In this document: positions 1 through 10,676 of the stretch, piece after piece
How the letters are laid out: each line of letters begins with the position of its first letter
Position numbering within the stretch: position 1 is the first letter of the stretch
DNA from: an uncultured Acidobacteriota bacterium
GTDB lineage: Bacteria; Acidobacteriota; UBA6911
Direction: 5' to 3'
Assembly (NCBI GenBank): GCA_963809485.1
Contig: CAWEJX010000008.1
Coordinates: 544,001-608,000, forward strand
Length of the DNA stretch: 64,000 bases
Notes under the pieces: model-generated
What the model saw: the letters and a program-made list of their open reading frames with translations, nothing else
Told to the model about the DNA's origin: nothing
Databases searched by the model: none
Program-made: the position numbers and the translations under genes

Positions 1-308
1 GCATTCTCAAAGAACTGGCGCAGGAGATACCGGTTTTGGCGCTTGGGCCTGAAGCCGGTGACCGGTATGGCGAAATTCGCGCCGAATTGGAAAGGCTTGG
101 GCGTGTTATTGGAAATAATGACCTGTGGATTGCCGCGCATGCCCTTGCGCTCCAGGTGGTGCTGGTGACAAACAACGAAGGGGAATTCGTTCGCGTCCCA
201 GGCTTGAGAGTGCAGAATTGGGTTAAAAAAAGCGGTCCCTCTCAAGTTCACGAAAAGGAAAAGCGCTACAGCAAAAACGCCACGGATTCCACTGATCTAA
301 ACCCATGA
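1..308 (+). CDS. vapC: VapC/PIN-domain toxin, 5'-truncated by window edge
   Basis: YGEIRAELERLGRVIGNNDLWIAAHALALQVVLVTNNEGEFVRVPGLRVQNW is the typical VapC C-terminal half; frame open from position 3. Confidence 0.9.
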   Translation, partial: ILKELAQEIPVLALGPEAGDRYGEIRAELERLGRVIGNNDLWIAAHALALQVVLVTNNEGEFVRVPGLRVQNWVKKSGPSQVHEKEKRYSKNATDSTDLNP

Positions 309-325
309 TAATCCGTGGCGTTTTT
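273..325. repeat. 16-bp inverted repeat hairpin (REP-like / bidirectional terminator) between convergent TA genes
   Basis: AAAAACGCCACGGATT (273-288) / AATCCGTGGCGTTTTT (310-325); related GCCACGGATT motif at ~58143. Confidence 0.7.
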
Positions 326-629
326 TTAATTGCTCTTCAAAGATGCCAGAGCCTTTTTTACCGCATTTGCATCTACGAGCCTGTCTGTGCTGAATTTATA
401 GAGAACGCTTGAGATCAGCGTCTGATAGGGGAGTCCCTCATCTGCTGCTTTCCGCTTTAACGCCTGCAGCACATTTTCACTGATTCGCAGGCTGATGGTT
501 CTGGTCTTAGCCGCAAGCTGTAAAATTTGCCTCTGTTCCTCAGAAGGAACCGGCAAATACTCTTCCAGGGATTCTTCGACAGCCTGTTCGTAAGCATCAA
601 GCTCATTGTTCTTCTTTTTTCTCTGCCAT
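326..629 (-). CDS. BrnA/CopG-like RHH antitoxin (apparent +1 frameshift in A6 run near start)
   Basis: ELDAYEQAVEESL...KTRTISLRISENVLQALKRKAADEGLPYQTLISSVL; GAGGAG RBS + ATG at 629 is out of frame by one base (T-run 615-620). Confidence 0.75.
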
Positions 630-708
630 AACTCCTCAATTTCCTCGAATCCTATCTCCCCCTCTCTTGTAACAGTTTTGTGTTCTTGTCTTCATCCCAG
701 ATGATCAC
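630..708 (-). pseudogene. BrnT-like toxin N-terminal remnant
   Basis: GTG-IIWDEDKNTKLLQERG then frameshifted IGFEEIEE; rest of toxin missing; TTGACA at 743-738 upstream. Confidence 0.65.
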
Positions 709-757
709 TTATAAGCATTATCTCAATGTATATACGATGTCAACGGCAACCGCAATG

Positions 758-824
758 CACGCGGAGCCGCAGAGTTCGCGCGGATCTGTCATTTTATTCT
801 CGGCGACCTCCGCGGCTCCGCGTG
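758..824. repeat. 17-bp imperfect inverted repeat (REP-like)
   Basis: CACGCGGAGCCGCAGAG (758-774) / CTCCGCGGCTCCGCGTG (808-824). Confidence 0.6.
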
Positions 825-1059
825 AGAAGGTTTTTTCAGATCCTCATGGAGACTAAAAATTCCTTGCGCTGAAACGGACGCCTGGGCTGGACAGCTTTTG
901 GGAACCTTCACTGCCGGCACAAAGGTCAAATGGATCGTCAGAAAAGTGAATTACGTGATTGTTATCACGAATTTAGAGCATGCAAAAATTCTTTATTTCA
1001 TAGTGTTTTTGTGACTGCCAGCACAGCATCATTTTTGCGCATCGCCGAGAATATGGTTC

Positions 1060-4000
1060 ATGAAACCATATATATTTGTGCTGGCTGTGCTGCTTGCTTT
1101 TATACAGGTCTCAACCGCAGCTGATGTAAAGCTCGCATGGGATCCTAATACTCAACCCGAGCTCGCAGGTTATGAGCTCTCCTACGGTAACTCCTCGGGC
1201 AACTATGGTACGACACTCGATGTCGGCAATGTGACAACGCGTACCGTATCGGGCCTGGCCTCGGGGACATACTATTTTGCGGTCAGAGTCTATGGCACTG
1301 GAGGGGAAAGAAGCGCGTATTCGAATGAAGTCACCGCGACGGTCTCCCCTTCGGACACCACGCCGCCCACTATCTCTTCGGTCTCTGCTTCAGGCATTAC
1401 CACGTCCAGCGCGACGATCACGTGGACGACCAATGAAGCCTCGGACAGCCAGGTACAATACGGCACGACCACCAGCTATGGTTCTAACGCATCTAATACC
1501 ACAAAGGTAACAGCACATTCAGTCGCGCTCTCCGGGCTCATCTCGGCCGCCACCTATCATTATAAAGTGTGTTCTACGGACGCTGCCGGCAACACTGGAT
1601 GCTCCGGCGACTTCACATTCACTACCTCGGCTCCGGCCGACACCACAAAGCCCACGGTGACGGCCTTCACCATTCCATCGACGGCGACCACCCTGACCGT
1701 GTCCATCAGCAGCTTCACGGCGACCGATAACGTTGCGGTGACCGGCTACATGGTCAATGAATCGTCCACCGCCCCTTCGGCAGGAACCAGCGGATGGTCG
1801 GCAACAGCCCCGACTTCTTACACATTCGCATCAGAAGGCGCGAAAACCCTGTACGCCTGGGCTAAGGACGCTGCCGGAAACATGTCGGCGAGCAGAAGCG
1901 ATTCTGTTACAATCACGCTCCCCGACACCACAAAGCCCACAGTAACGGCCTTCAGCATCCCGTCAGCTGCATCCAGCCTGACGGTGTCCATCACCAGCCT
2001 CACGGCAACCGATAACCTGGCGGTGACCGGTTACATGGTCACCGAATCATCCACCGCTCCTTCGGCAGGAGCCAGCGGATGGTCGGCAACAGCCCCGACT
2101 TCTTATACCTTCGCATCAGAAGGCGCGAAGACACTGTACGCCTGGGCCAAGGACGCTGCCGGAAATGTGTCGGCGAGCAGGAGCGCTTCCGTTACCATTA
2201 CGCTCCCCGACACCACAAAGCCCACAGTAACCGCCTTCAGCATCCCGTCAGCTGCCTCCAGCCTGACGGTGTCCATCACCAGCCTCACGGCGACCGATAA
2301 CCTCGCGGTGACCGGCTACATGGTCACCGAATCCATCCACCGCCCCTTCGGCAGGAGCCGGCGGATGGTCGGCATCAGCCCCGGCTTCTTATACATTCGC
2401 ATCAGAAGGCGCGAAGACCCTGTACGCCTGGGCTAAGGACGCAGCCGGAAACGTGTCGGCAGGCAGGAGCGCTTCCGTTACCATTACGCTCCCCGACACC
2501 ACAAAGCCCACAGTAACGGCCTTCAGCATCCCGTCAGCTGCATCCAGCCTGACGGTGTCCATCACCAGCTTCACGGCGACCGATAACCTGGCGGTGACCG
2601 GTTACATGGTCAATGAATCATCCACCGCTCCTTCGGCAGGAGCCGGCGGATGGTCGGCAACAGCCCCGGCTTCTTATTCATTCGCATCAGAAGGCGTGAA
2701 AACCCTGTACGCCTGGGCGAAGGACGCTGCCGGCAATGTGTCGGCCAGCAGAAGTGCTTCCGTAACCATTACCCTTTCTGACACAACACCGCCGGAAATC
2801 TCTTCTGTGACCAGCACCGGCATCACGACCTCCGGGGCGACCATTACATGGAGAACCAATGAGGAAGCTGATTCGCAGGTTTCCTATAAAATAACTTCCC
2901 AGACGGTCGAATCCACCGCGAAAAGCACCACAATGGTTACGACGCATTCGCTGTCTCTGACTGGCCTGACGGCTGGAACCAGGTATTACTACAGCGTCAT
3001 ATCCAAGGATGCCTCCGGGAATGAAGCCACATCATCAGGATACTCATTTACCACAACCGCCTCAGCGGATATAGCTTCGGGGCTGGTTGCAGCCTACGGC
3101 TTTAACGAAGGAGCCGGCAATACCAGTGCGGATCTTTCCGGCAGTGGGAACACGGCAACGATCTATTCAGCCAGCTGGACAACCGGCAAATACGGCAAGG
3201 CTTTGTATTTCAATGGGAAGAAAAGCTATGTGTCGGCCGGCACTAACGGGCTTCCCGGCGTGAATGAGACTAAGACGGTTGTCGCCTGGATTTATCAGAA
3301 CACCCTGACTTCGGCAAGTCAATCGGTCGTTTCGCTTGGCAACCCGGCGGCTCGTTCGGGTCTGGAGCACGGCTTTAAAGCGTATAAGACCGGAGTACTC
3401 GATTATGATGACACATGGCTTGTTACCGCCAATTCCCCAAGAGAGAAGCAATGGCATCATTTTGCTTATGTCTTTGACGGCTCACAGAACCGCCTGTATA
3501 TAGACGGAAACCAAGCCGGCAGCTCGACAATCATGCCGGAGGTTTCTTCCACAACAGTATTTCAAATCGGGCGCTGGTTCACAGGCTCGGAGTATTTCAA
3601 AGGCAGCATCGATGAACTGAGAGTTTACAACCGTGCGCTGAGCCAGGATGAAATTAGGGCGGCGATGGCTACACCGGTTGCGCAGAGCGCGGCAGCGGCC
3701 CAGACGACTGCCAGTTCGGAAACCTCTCAGGAAGTCGCTGCTTTGGCGGCCACTGAAGAAGTGGCTGTGGAGGAAGGGCTTGCTGCGGAAACGGTTACGG
3801 CGGAAACGGCAGTAGTGCAGGATCCCGGACTGCCGACGGTGTCCGATGTTTCCGTCAACGCCCATCTGGAGCGCCAGACTTACAGGCCGGGCCAAACAGT
3901 TAAAGCTGATTCTTTCTGGATCAGCAACCCGTCGCAGCAGAAGCTGAAGGTCGAGCTTAAGACCTGGTTGGAACTCCCAGGGATTTCGCCAATATCTATT

Positions 4001-4528
4001 GGCAATGTGAGCACAGATGAAGTGATTGCCCTTGGGCCTGAATTCAGCCAGGAATACGGCGAGATCCAGCTCTTTAAAGTTGCCAAGACTTCTCCATCCG
4101 GCGCCTGCGAGTTTAATGCCCGGCTGCTTGATCCCGCAACGGGAGATATCCTATCCGAGGATGTTAACTCCTTCTCCATAAGGGGCAGCGCAAGCTCCAA
4201 AACGCCAGGCACGGTTCCAAATCCCAACGTAGTACTTGAGGTTTCAGCGGCCGAATCCGGATATCAGTACATTATTACGAACAAAGGCACGGAAACGGCC
4301 ACGGTGGAGCTGAAGGTGTGGATTGAGGCATCAGAAGGCAACCGGATTCCCGTGTATTCGCTAGGCGCCAACGGTTCGCTCGTTCTGCCCGCCGGAGCCG
4401 ACGTAACCTTGGATCCTCTGTCCTCCTTCCAGATATCCTCGGGCACCTATGTGGTGAAATCGAGGGTCCTGGACCAGGTTACGGGACAGGTTTTGTTCGA
4501 GGGGGAGAACGACCTGATATTGCCGTAA
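1060..4528 (+). CDS. Large secreted surface protein: signal peptide, FN3 domains, 4x95-aa Ig-like repeats, LamG-like jellyroll, two C-terminal beta domains; split by 1-bp insertion at ~2333 (ORFs 1060-2436 + 2453-4528)
   Basis: MKPYIFVLAVLLAFIQVSTAA signal; VKLAWDPN..LAGY..YG FN3; SATITWTTNEASDSQVQYG; GLVAAYGFNEGAG..FKGSIDELRVYNRALS LamG; repeat 3 is 286 bp vs 285. Confidence 0.85.
1639..2779 (+). repeat. Four tandem 285-bp coding repeats (DTTKPTVTAF...SVTITLP)
   Basis: Units begin GACACCACAAAG at 1639, 1924, 2209, 2495; next domain at 2780. Confidence 0.95.
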
Positions 4529-4836
4529 AGCGCCACGAGATCCGAGGTAGCAACAGCTTGATCTAAAAGAAGTTTGCTCGGAGAGGTATATAATTCTCGC
4601 GGTCAGAATCGGTTTCCTCCGTGATCTCCGCGTCTTTGTGTGCCATTTTTTTGAGCAATGGCTTGATTTAGATTCTTACTAATCCTAAGATGGCACCATG
4701 GGTTTGGAAAAACCGCTAAAGCGGTGCCGCCTCCCACAGTAGCAAAAACCCTGGCTAGATAAATGCTTTACCTTCTGTATTGGGTGTGTGCAGAAATTAT
4801 GCAAGAAAAATGTGAAGTCTCGCTATATGTGAAATT

Positions 4837-5862
4837 ATGGTGCCCTTGGACACTAAAAGCTCATTTCGTATCAGCATAATCATACCGACCTGGAATCGTC
4901 CTGCAGCGCTGGCCAGGTGTCTACGATCCATAATGAATCAGACATACGCTCCTGCTGAAGTTATAATTGTCGACGCTTCTGAAACAAGGCAAAGCTCCGA
5001 CCTTGTGGAGTCCATCATCAAAGAGAATCTCTCATTTGAGCTGAAATATACCTCAATAGCGCACGAACTTCGCGGAATTCCCAAGCAGCGCAATATTGGC
5101 ATCCGGCTTTCGAGATGTGAAATTGTTGGCTTTCTGGACGACGACGTCGAACTTTTTCCCTCCTATCTTGAAAACATCCGGGGCATATTCGAAGCTGATA
5201 CGACCCGACAGATTGGTGGCGTTGAAGGCAGGATTGTTAATCTTAAACCCCTTAAACTGCGGATCCGGCATCGAATTGAAAAACACCTTGGGCTTTTTGA
5301 TGTAGGCAAAATTTTTCGGTTGGACAGGATTATGCCAATATTGCCCGAAGGCGACTCTCCTATGGACGTCGAATGGTTGCACGGCTGCAATTGTTTTTTC
5401 CGGAGGGAAGTGTTTTATAAAAACGGCTTCGAGGAAGAGTTCAAGAGATATGCGATAGGTGAGGATTTCGTTTTTTCCTTTGTTGTGGAGAAAAGCTGGA
5501 GGCTAGCCTACCAGCCGAAAGCGAAGCTCAATCATTATCTTGATCCTTCGGGTAGACCATCATCCTACGAACTGGCTAGAATGAGAGTAAGGCATCAATA
5601 TTACATTTATCGATATTTGCTCCGCGGCAAAACACTTGGGGATTTTTTAATATTCTGGCTTTATATGGCATATGTGGTTACATTGCAGCTATTGCGAATA
5701 TTGAAGAGATCGCGTGACGGGAGTTTTGCAGCATTACATGGGCTAATGGTGGGAATATTGGACGTCTCAATGGGCAAATATCCTCGCCGGTCCAAAAGCG
5801 TTGAAGGCGTTCTCCTTCCTAGGACAATTGACCATTCCCTCTCGACTACTGAAAGGTCATGA
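4837..5862 (+). CDS. Glycosyltransferase family 2
   Basis: ISIIIPTWNRP, EVIIVDAS, GFLDDD, HGCN..GED motifs. Confidence 0.9.
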   Translation: MVPLDTKSSFRISIIIPTWNRPAALARCLRSIMNQTYAPAEVIIVDASETRQSSDLVESIIKENLSFELKYTSIAHELRGIPKQRNIGIRLSRCEIVGFLDDDVELFPSYLENIRGIFEADTTRQIGGVEGRIVNLKPLKLRIRHRIEKHLGLFDVGKIFRLDRIMPILPEGDSPMDVEWLHGCNCFFRREVFYKNGFEEEFKRYAIGEDFVFSFVVEKSWRLAYQPKAKLNHYLDPSGRPSSYELARMRVRHQYYIYRYLLRGKTLGDFLIFWLYMAYVVTLQLLRILKRSRDGSFAALHGLMVGILDVSMGKYPRRSKSVEGVLLPRTIDHSLSTTERS

Positions 5863-7073
5863 GCCGCATTCTCTTACCCGTAAAGCACGCTGGCGGGGAT
5901 AGTTTCGATGAATCAACCAGTGAAAAAATACCCGGGTTATCCGAGCGACCTCTTGTCACTGTCGTAATGCCTTCCTACAACGCAAAACGATTCATTGGGG
6001 CGGCTATTGAATCGGTTATTGCTCAATCGTATAAAAACCTCGAAATCATTTTAGTCGACGACGGTTCTACAGACGGTACCACTGCAGTTGTAGAGCAATA
6101 TTGCCGGAAGGATTCACGAATTCAGTTGCTCAGGCAGCAGAATGAAGGCGTTGCCTCAGCCCGTAATCGTGGGATCCAGAGCGGACGCGGAGAATACATT
6201 GCGCCCATTGATAGCGACGACATTTGGCACCCTTCAAAAATTGAGGCCCAGGTACTCGCCTTGTCACAAGCTGGCGAATCGGTAGGGCTGGTCTATTCAT
6301 GGATTTCTTTGATCGATGAAAAAGGCAGGGTAGTCGGTTTGAGCCGCCGCAGTTTTGAAGGGAACGTATTTGTAGATCTTTTATATTCCAATTTCGTTGG
6401 AACGGCAAGCTCGCCTATGATTCCCCGCCGCGTCTTTGATGAAGTTGGAGGCTACGATGTAACGCATCGACAGAAAGAGGCGCAAGGCAGCGAGGACTGG
6501 GACCTTTACCTTAAAATTGCACAGCGCCATGATTTCCGCCTGATACCTCAAGCCCTCGTAGGATACCGTATTCATCCAAACGCCATGTCCACGGATTATG
6601 TATCCATGGAACGGTCTTGGCATCTGGCCGTCGGCCGACGGGGCGATACGCTTCCGCAGAGCTTCAATTCCCTAATTCGGTGGTCCAGGAGCAATTATCT
6701 CTACTACCTGTTTGGCAAGGCGTCTCAACAGGGCAGAAGCGAGGAAGCTCTGGCCTATCTGTTCCGTTCAGTTGCGAAAGATCCTGTAAGGCTTCTCACT
6801 ACAGGGTTTCACAAAAGCTTTGCCAGAGAAGTTCTAAAATGCAGTCTGGGGGCACAAAGGTCTAAAGCGCTTGTGGCCTGGGGAAAGTCAATTTTGGAGA
6901 ACACAAGGGTTCAAGGGAGCACAGGAACGGAATCATTATCAGGTGCGAATCTTCAGGTGCCCCGGCCTTGTCTTTTTGACATAATCCACAGCCGCAGGAT
7001 GAAAAAAGCCAGGGATCTGTGGATTTCATACATTTCTGAATCCAAAACGGGCAATTTTGCGGTTCGTTCATGA
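5859..7073 (+). CDS. Glycosyltransferase family 2
   Basis: VTVVMPSYNA, VDDGSTDGT, APIDSDD, EDWDLYLK; ATGA overlap with upstream gene. Confidence 0.92.
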   Translation: MSRILLPVKHAGGDSFDESTSEKIPGLSERPLVTVVMPSYNAKRFIGAAIESVIAQSYKNLEIILVDDGSTDGTTAVVEQYCRKDSRIQLLRQQNEGVASARNRGIQSGRGEYIAPIDSDDIWHPSKIEAQVLALSQAGESVGLVYSWISLIDEKGRVVGLSRRSFEGNVFVDLLYSNFVGTASSPMIPRRVFDEVGGYDVTHRQKEAQGSEDWDLYLKIAQRHDFRLIPQALVGYRIHPNAMSTDYVSMERSWHLAVGRRGDTLPQSFNSLIRWSRSNYLYYLFGKASQQGRSEEALAYLFRSVAKDPVRLLTTGFHKSFAREVLKCSLGAQRSKALVAWGKSILENTRVQGSTGTESLSGANLQVPRPCLFDIIHSRRMKKARDLWISYISESKTGNFAVRS

Positions 7074-7356
7074 AAGTGATTCAACCGATAATTTGTGGTT
7101 AGCATGTTCAGCCTGCAACTTGCCGATGATCCAATTACAGGCTGAACAGCCTGTCATTAGCCGCCAAGCCAGCTGAAATTATTAGCTTTTTGGATATAGC
7201 AACGATAACGGATATAGCCCCGAGGAGCGAAAAGATAACATCCCCGGGCATCAGCCCTGAATGCGGGCACACTTGAGACTGCGGGCAAGCTGGCTTTAAT
7301 TCCGGATGAGACCAGGTTCAAGCAGCCTGCCGGCTATGGTTTGCTTGCCACATTCT

Positions 7357-7443
7357 ACGCCTAAGGCGTTACGTCCCAGAGCCCAGGGTTGACCGCAAAA
7401 AGCGCGGTCAACCCTGGGCTTTGGGACTCAGCCCCGTTGGGGC
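7357..7443. repeat. REP-like palindromic element
   Basis: Long stem GTCCCAGAGCCCAGGGTTGACCGC / GCGGTCAACCCTGGGCTTTGGGAC (7373-7427) flanked by ACGCCTAAGGCGT and GCCCCGTTGGGGC. Confidence 0.7.
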
Positions 7444-7630
7444 AGAATGCAATAGGGAAGGAGGAAGGAAGTTTGGGACACGGCCTCAGTGTCAGGTGTG
7501 GGTAACAGTCCGGGCATGAGCCCGGGATTAGGAATAGCGAGAAAAAGAAGCCCAAAAGGCGACACATCAATCTTTGATAAACAGTAATTGTGACATCTGA
7601 TCAAAATAGAGCTGCGAAGATTTGATTTAT

Positions 7631-9427
7631 ATGCGCCAGGAAATGCACATTGTCCGCAGGCTGATATCCATTCTCGGTTGGTATCCCTGGGCAATATCTT
7701 TAGTTATTGCGCTCGGCTTGTTCTCATCGCTCACCCAGGGTTTCGGAATTGGGCTATTTATTCCACTCATCAACAGTTTTGACAAAACTGCCGGTGATTC
7801 TGCGACCGGCCGGTGGATTGTCGATTTGCTTTCCCGGATATTCCACGATATCCCGCCAGCCAACCGGTTTCTTGTCATCACCAGCTTGATTATTCTCTCC
7901 GCCGTAATCCGCACAATTGCTTCTTATCTCAACGCGATTATCACTGCATGGCTGAATTCACAGGTTGGACATCGGCTGCGGTCCGGCATTTTCGAGCAAC
8001 TTTTGACAATAAGTTACAGCTACCTTGAACGAAGGCAGACCGGGACGTTGCTCAATACTCTTGCCTCGGAAACCTGGCGTACCTGTCAGGCACTTTCGGT
8101 CCTGATTGGAGCTATCACCGCCTGCTGCATGTTGATCACCTACATGGCGTTCCTCTTTCTAATATCATGGCAGCTTACAATTGTTGTCGGAGTTGGAATG
8201 ATATCTATCTCTCTCGTCAATCGGACTTTGTCGCGGCAGGTCAAAGACCTTGGAGATCGTGCGACGCGAGCAAACTCCAGGCTGGCTGATAGAATGCTGG
8301 AGGGCTTTGGGGGCATGAAACTGATCCGTGCTTTCGGGCGCGAACAATATGAAAAAGATCGCTTTGACCGTGCATCGGAAGAAGTAAGTCGTACCTTCTT
8401 TAAGCTTGGAGTTATCGGAGGAGCCGTCAATCCCATCTATGAAATCCTGTCCATTGCGCTTTTGGCCGGGGTATTGCTGTACGTTCAACCTCAAACCACA
8501 GGCAACCTGGCACCAATTCTTGTATTCGTCTTCCTGCTATACCGGCTTCAGCCTATAGTAAAGGCTATCGATGGATCCCGGCTTCAACTGCTTTCGCTTT
8601 CGGCCGGAGTGGAAGCCGTAACGTCCTTTATGGATCGCTCTGACAAACCATATCCCCTCTCCGGCAAGGCGAGTTTCGGTGGCCTGGACAAGGGCATCGA
8701 GCTCTCATCCGTAACATTTCGTTATGATACTGATGCGCCTCCGGCCCTGAAAGATGTTTCGCTGGTAATTCCGGCCCGCAAGACTACAGCGCTTGTGGGG
8801 CCGTCTGGCGCCGGAAAGTCTACATTGATAAACCTGCTGTTTCGTTTTTATGAGGCTGATGAGGGCAATATCCTTATCGATGAGAGGCCATTGCACCAAA
8901 TTGATATCGCCTCCTGGCGGCAACGCCTGGCGCTGGTGAGTCAGGATGCCTATATGCTCAATGCCACAGTGCGTGAGAATATTGCTTACGGTAAGTTGGA
9001 TGCAACCATGGATGAAATTATTAATGCTGCAAAAAAAGCCCAGGCCCATGATTTCATTATGAAGCTGCCGGCAGCATACGAGAGTCAGGTTGGAAATCGC
9101 GGGGTGTTTCTATCGGGCGGTCAACAGCAACGGATCACCCTGGCGCGAGCTATTATTCGCGATCCGGACATCCTTATCCTTGATGAAGCCACCAACCAGC
9201 TCGATAGCATTGCAGAACACCTGGTTCAGGAAGCATTGGAGAGCTTCAGTGGGCAAAAAACCGTTATCATCATTGCCCATAGACTTTCAACAGTGGATCG
9301 GGCGGATCATATAGCCGTCCTGGATAATGGTGAGCTTTGTGAGCAGGGCAGGCTTGAGAATCTGCTTGACCTCAATGGCCTTTTTGCCAAACTTTACAGA
9401 CTGCAATATCGCGACGTCCTCAAATGA
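7631..9427 (+). CDS. ABC transporter, fused permease/ATPase (MsbA/HepA/PglK-like glycan exporter)
   Basis: N-terminal TM helices, GPSGAGKS, LSGGQQQR, ILILDEAT, IAHRLST; start uncertain (7622/7631/7643). Confidence 0.9.
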   Translation: MRQEMHIVRRLISILGWYPWAISLVIALGLFSSLTQGFGIGLFIPLINSFDKTAGDSATGRWIVDLLSRIFHDIPPANRFLVITSLIILSAVIRTIASYLNAIITAWLNSQVGHRLRSGIFEQLLTISYSYLERRQTGTLLNTLASETWRTCQALSVLIGAITACCMLITYMAFLFLISWQLTIVVGVGMISISLVNRTLSRQVKDLGDRATRANSRLADRMLEGFGGMKLIRAFGREQYEKDRFDRASEEVSRTFFKLGVIGGAVNPIYEILSIALLAGVLLYVQPQTTGNLAPILVFVFLLYRLQPIVKAIDGSRLQLLSLSAGVEAVTSFMDRSDKPYPLSGKASFGGLDKGIELSSVTFRYDTDAPPALKDVSLVIPARKTTALVGPSGAGKSTLINLLFRFYEADEGNILIDERPLHQIDIASWRQRLALVSQDAYMLNATVRENIAYGKLDATMDEIINAAKKAQAHDFIMKLPAAYESQVGNRGVFLSGGQQQRITLARAIIRDPDILILDEATNQLDSIAEHLVQEALESFSGQKTVIIIAHRLSTVDRADHIAVLDNGELCEQGRLENLLDLNGLFAKLYRLQYRDVLK

Positions 9428-9446
9428 GAAAGCCTGACAGGCCGCC

Positions 9447-10676
9447 ATGGAGTATCCGATTTTCGACATTGAAATAACGGATCCCCTTCCCGATATCCCG
9501 CTCTCCAGGCTTGAGCAAGGCTGTGCTCTTTTGATCCGGAGAAAGGGTAAACCTCTTGGATTTCTGCTGCCGGATGTCGCCAGGATCGTGAAGGACAAGA
9601 CCGATTCTTTATCACAGATAATCGCGGCACACGCGGGAAAACAAATCCTTGAAAACGCTATCCAGGATGAGCTTCAGAGTCGTGTATCCGAACCTGTGGT
9701 TGACCTTCCCAGTGTAACGGCCGTCCTCTGTACTCATGGGCGTCCTGCCTATGCGGCCCGGTGCCTGGATTCCCTCCAAAAGATTACGTTCCCTCCCGGT
9801 TTTTCACCAACTAAGCTGGAGGTACTGCTAGTCGATAACGCGCCGGCGAATAGTCAAACCAGAGAACTCGTGAAGAAATTTCCCGGGATTCATTACATTT
9901 GCGAGAAGAAGCCGGGGTTGGATTTTGCCCGCAACCGGGCGTGGTCCGAGGCAACAGGCGCCATCGTCGCTTATATTGATGATGATGTCGTTGTAGACCG
10001 GGGATGGCTCCACGGTCTCCTGGAAGCCTATCGTGCGTATCCAGCGGCAGGCGGTTTTACCGGGCTTGTCCTTCCTTTTGAGCTTGCTACCCAGGCACAG
10101 TTCCTTTTCGAAAAGCGAGGCGGCTTCCGAAAAGGATTTAGGCGCATCGTGTACGGCAATAGCCTGCCCCGTAATCCGTTGTATCCCGCCGGTATCGGGA
10201 TAATCGGTACCGGAGCAAACATGGCTTTCAGGAGGGATTTGCTGGAACAAATCGGTGGATTTGACGAGGCTCTTGACACTGGGGCTTCCCTGCCAGGTGG
10301 CGGGGATCTTGACATGTTTTACAGAATAATCCGATCGGGAATTAGCATAGTCTATGAGCCTCGCTACATGGTCTTCCATCAGCATCGGAGAGCGATATCA
10401 GCTCTGCGCGGTCAATATAGCAGCTGGGGCCTCGGCATGATGGCTTTCGTGGCAAAGACCTATCGCACCGATATGGATGAACGGAGGAAATTGCGTCGTC
10501 TCGTCGCCTGGTGGCTACCTTATCAGTTGCGCTTGCTGATTCGCGGATTGAAGGGGCGGAAAGAATATCGTGCGGATTTTGTTCTTGCGGAGCTTATGGG
10601 CGGCTTATTCGGGCTGTGCGGCGAATACGACAGGTCGCTGCGTCGAATCCAGAGGATCCGGAGGAGTCTCGGATGA
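9447..10676 (+). CDS. Glycosyltransferase family 2 with N-terminal accessory domain
   Basis: VTAVLCTHGRP, LLVDNAP, PGLDFARN, YIDDD, GANMAFRR, GGGDLD. Confidence 0.9.
   Translation: MEYPIFDIEITDPLPDIPLSRLEQGCALLIRRKGKPLGFLLPDVARIVKDKTDSLSQIIAAHAGKQILENAIQDELQSRVSEPVVDLPSVTAVLCTHGRPAYAARCLDSLQKITFPPGFSPTKLEVLLVDNAPANSQTRELVKKFPGIHYICEKKPGLDFARNRAWSEATGAIVAYIDDDVVVDRGWLHGLLEAYRAYPAAGGFTGLVLPFELATQAQFLFEKRGGFRKGFRRIVYGNSLPRNPLYPAGIGIIGTGANMAFRRDLLEQIGGFDEALDTGASLPGGGDLDMFYRIIRSGISIVYEPRYMVFHQHRRAISALRGQYSSWGLGMMAFVAKTYRTDMDERRKLRRLVAWWLPYQLRLLIRGLKGRKEYRADFVLAELMGGLFGLCGEYDRSLRRIQRIRRSLG

Noticed and set aside
1639-2779. Regular repeats as a CRISPR array or ncRNA array
   Set aside because: Units are 285-bp in-frame coding repeats with no unique spacers; no cas genes present.
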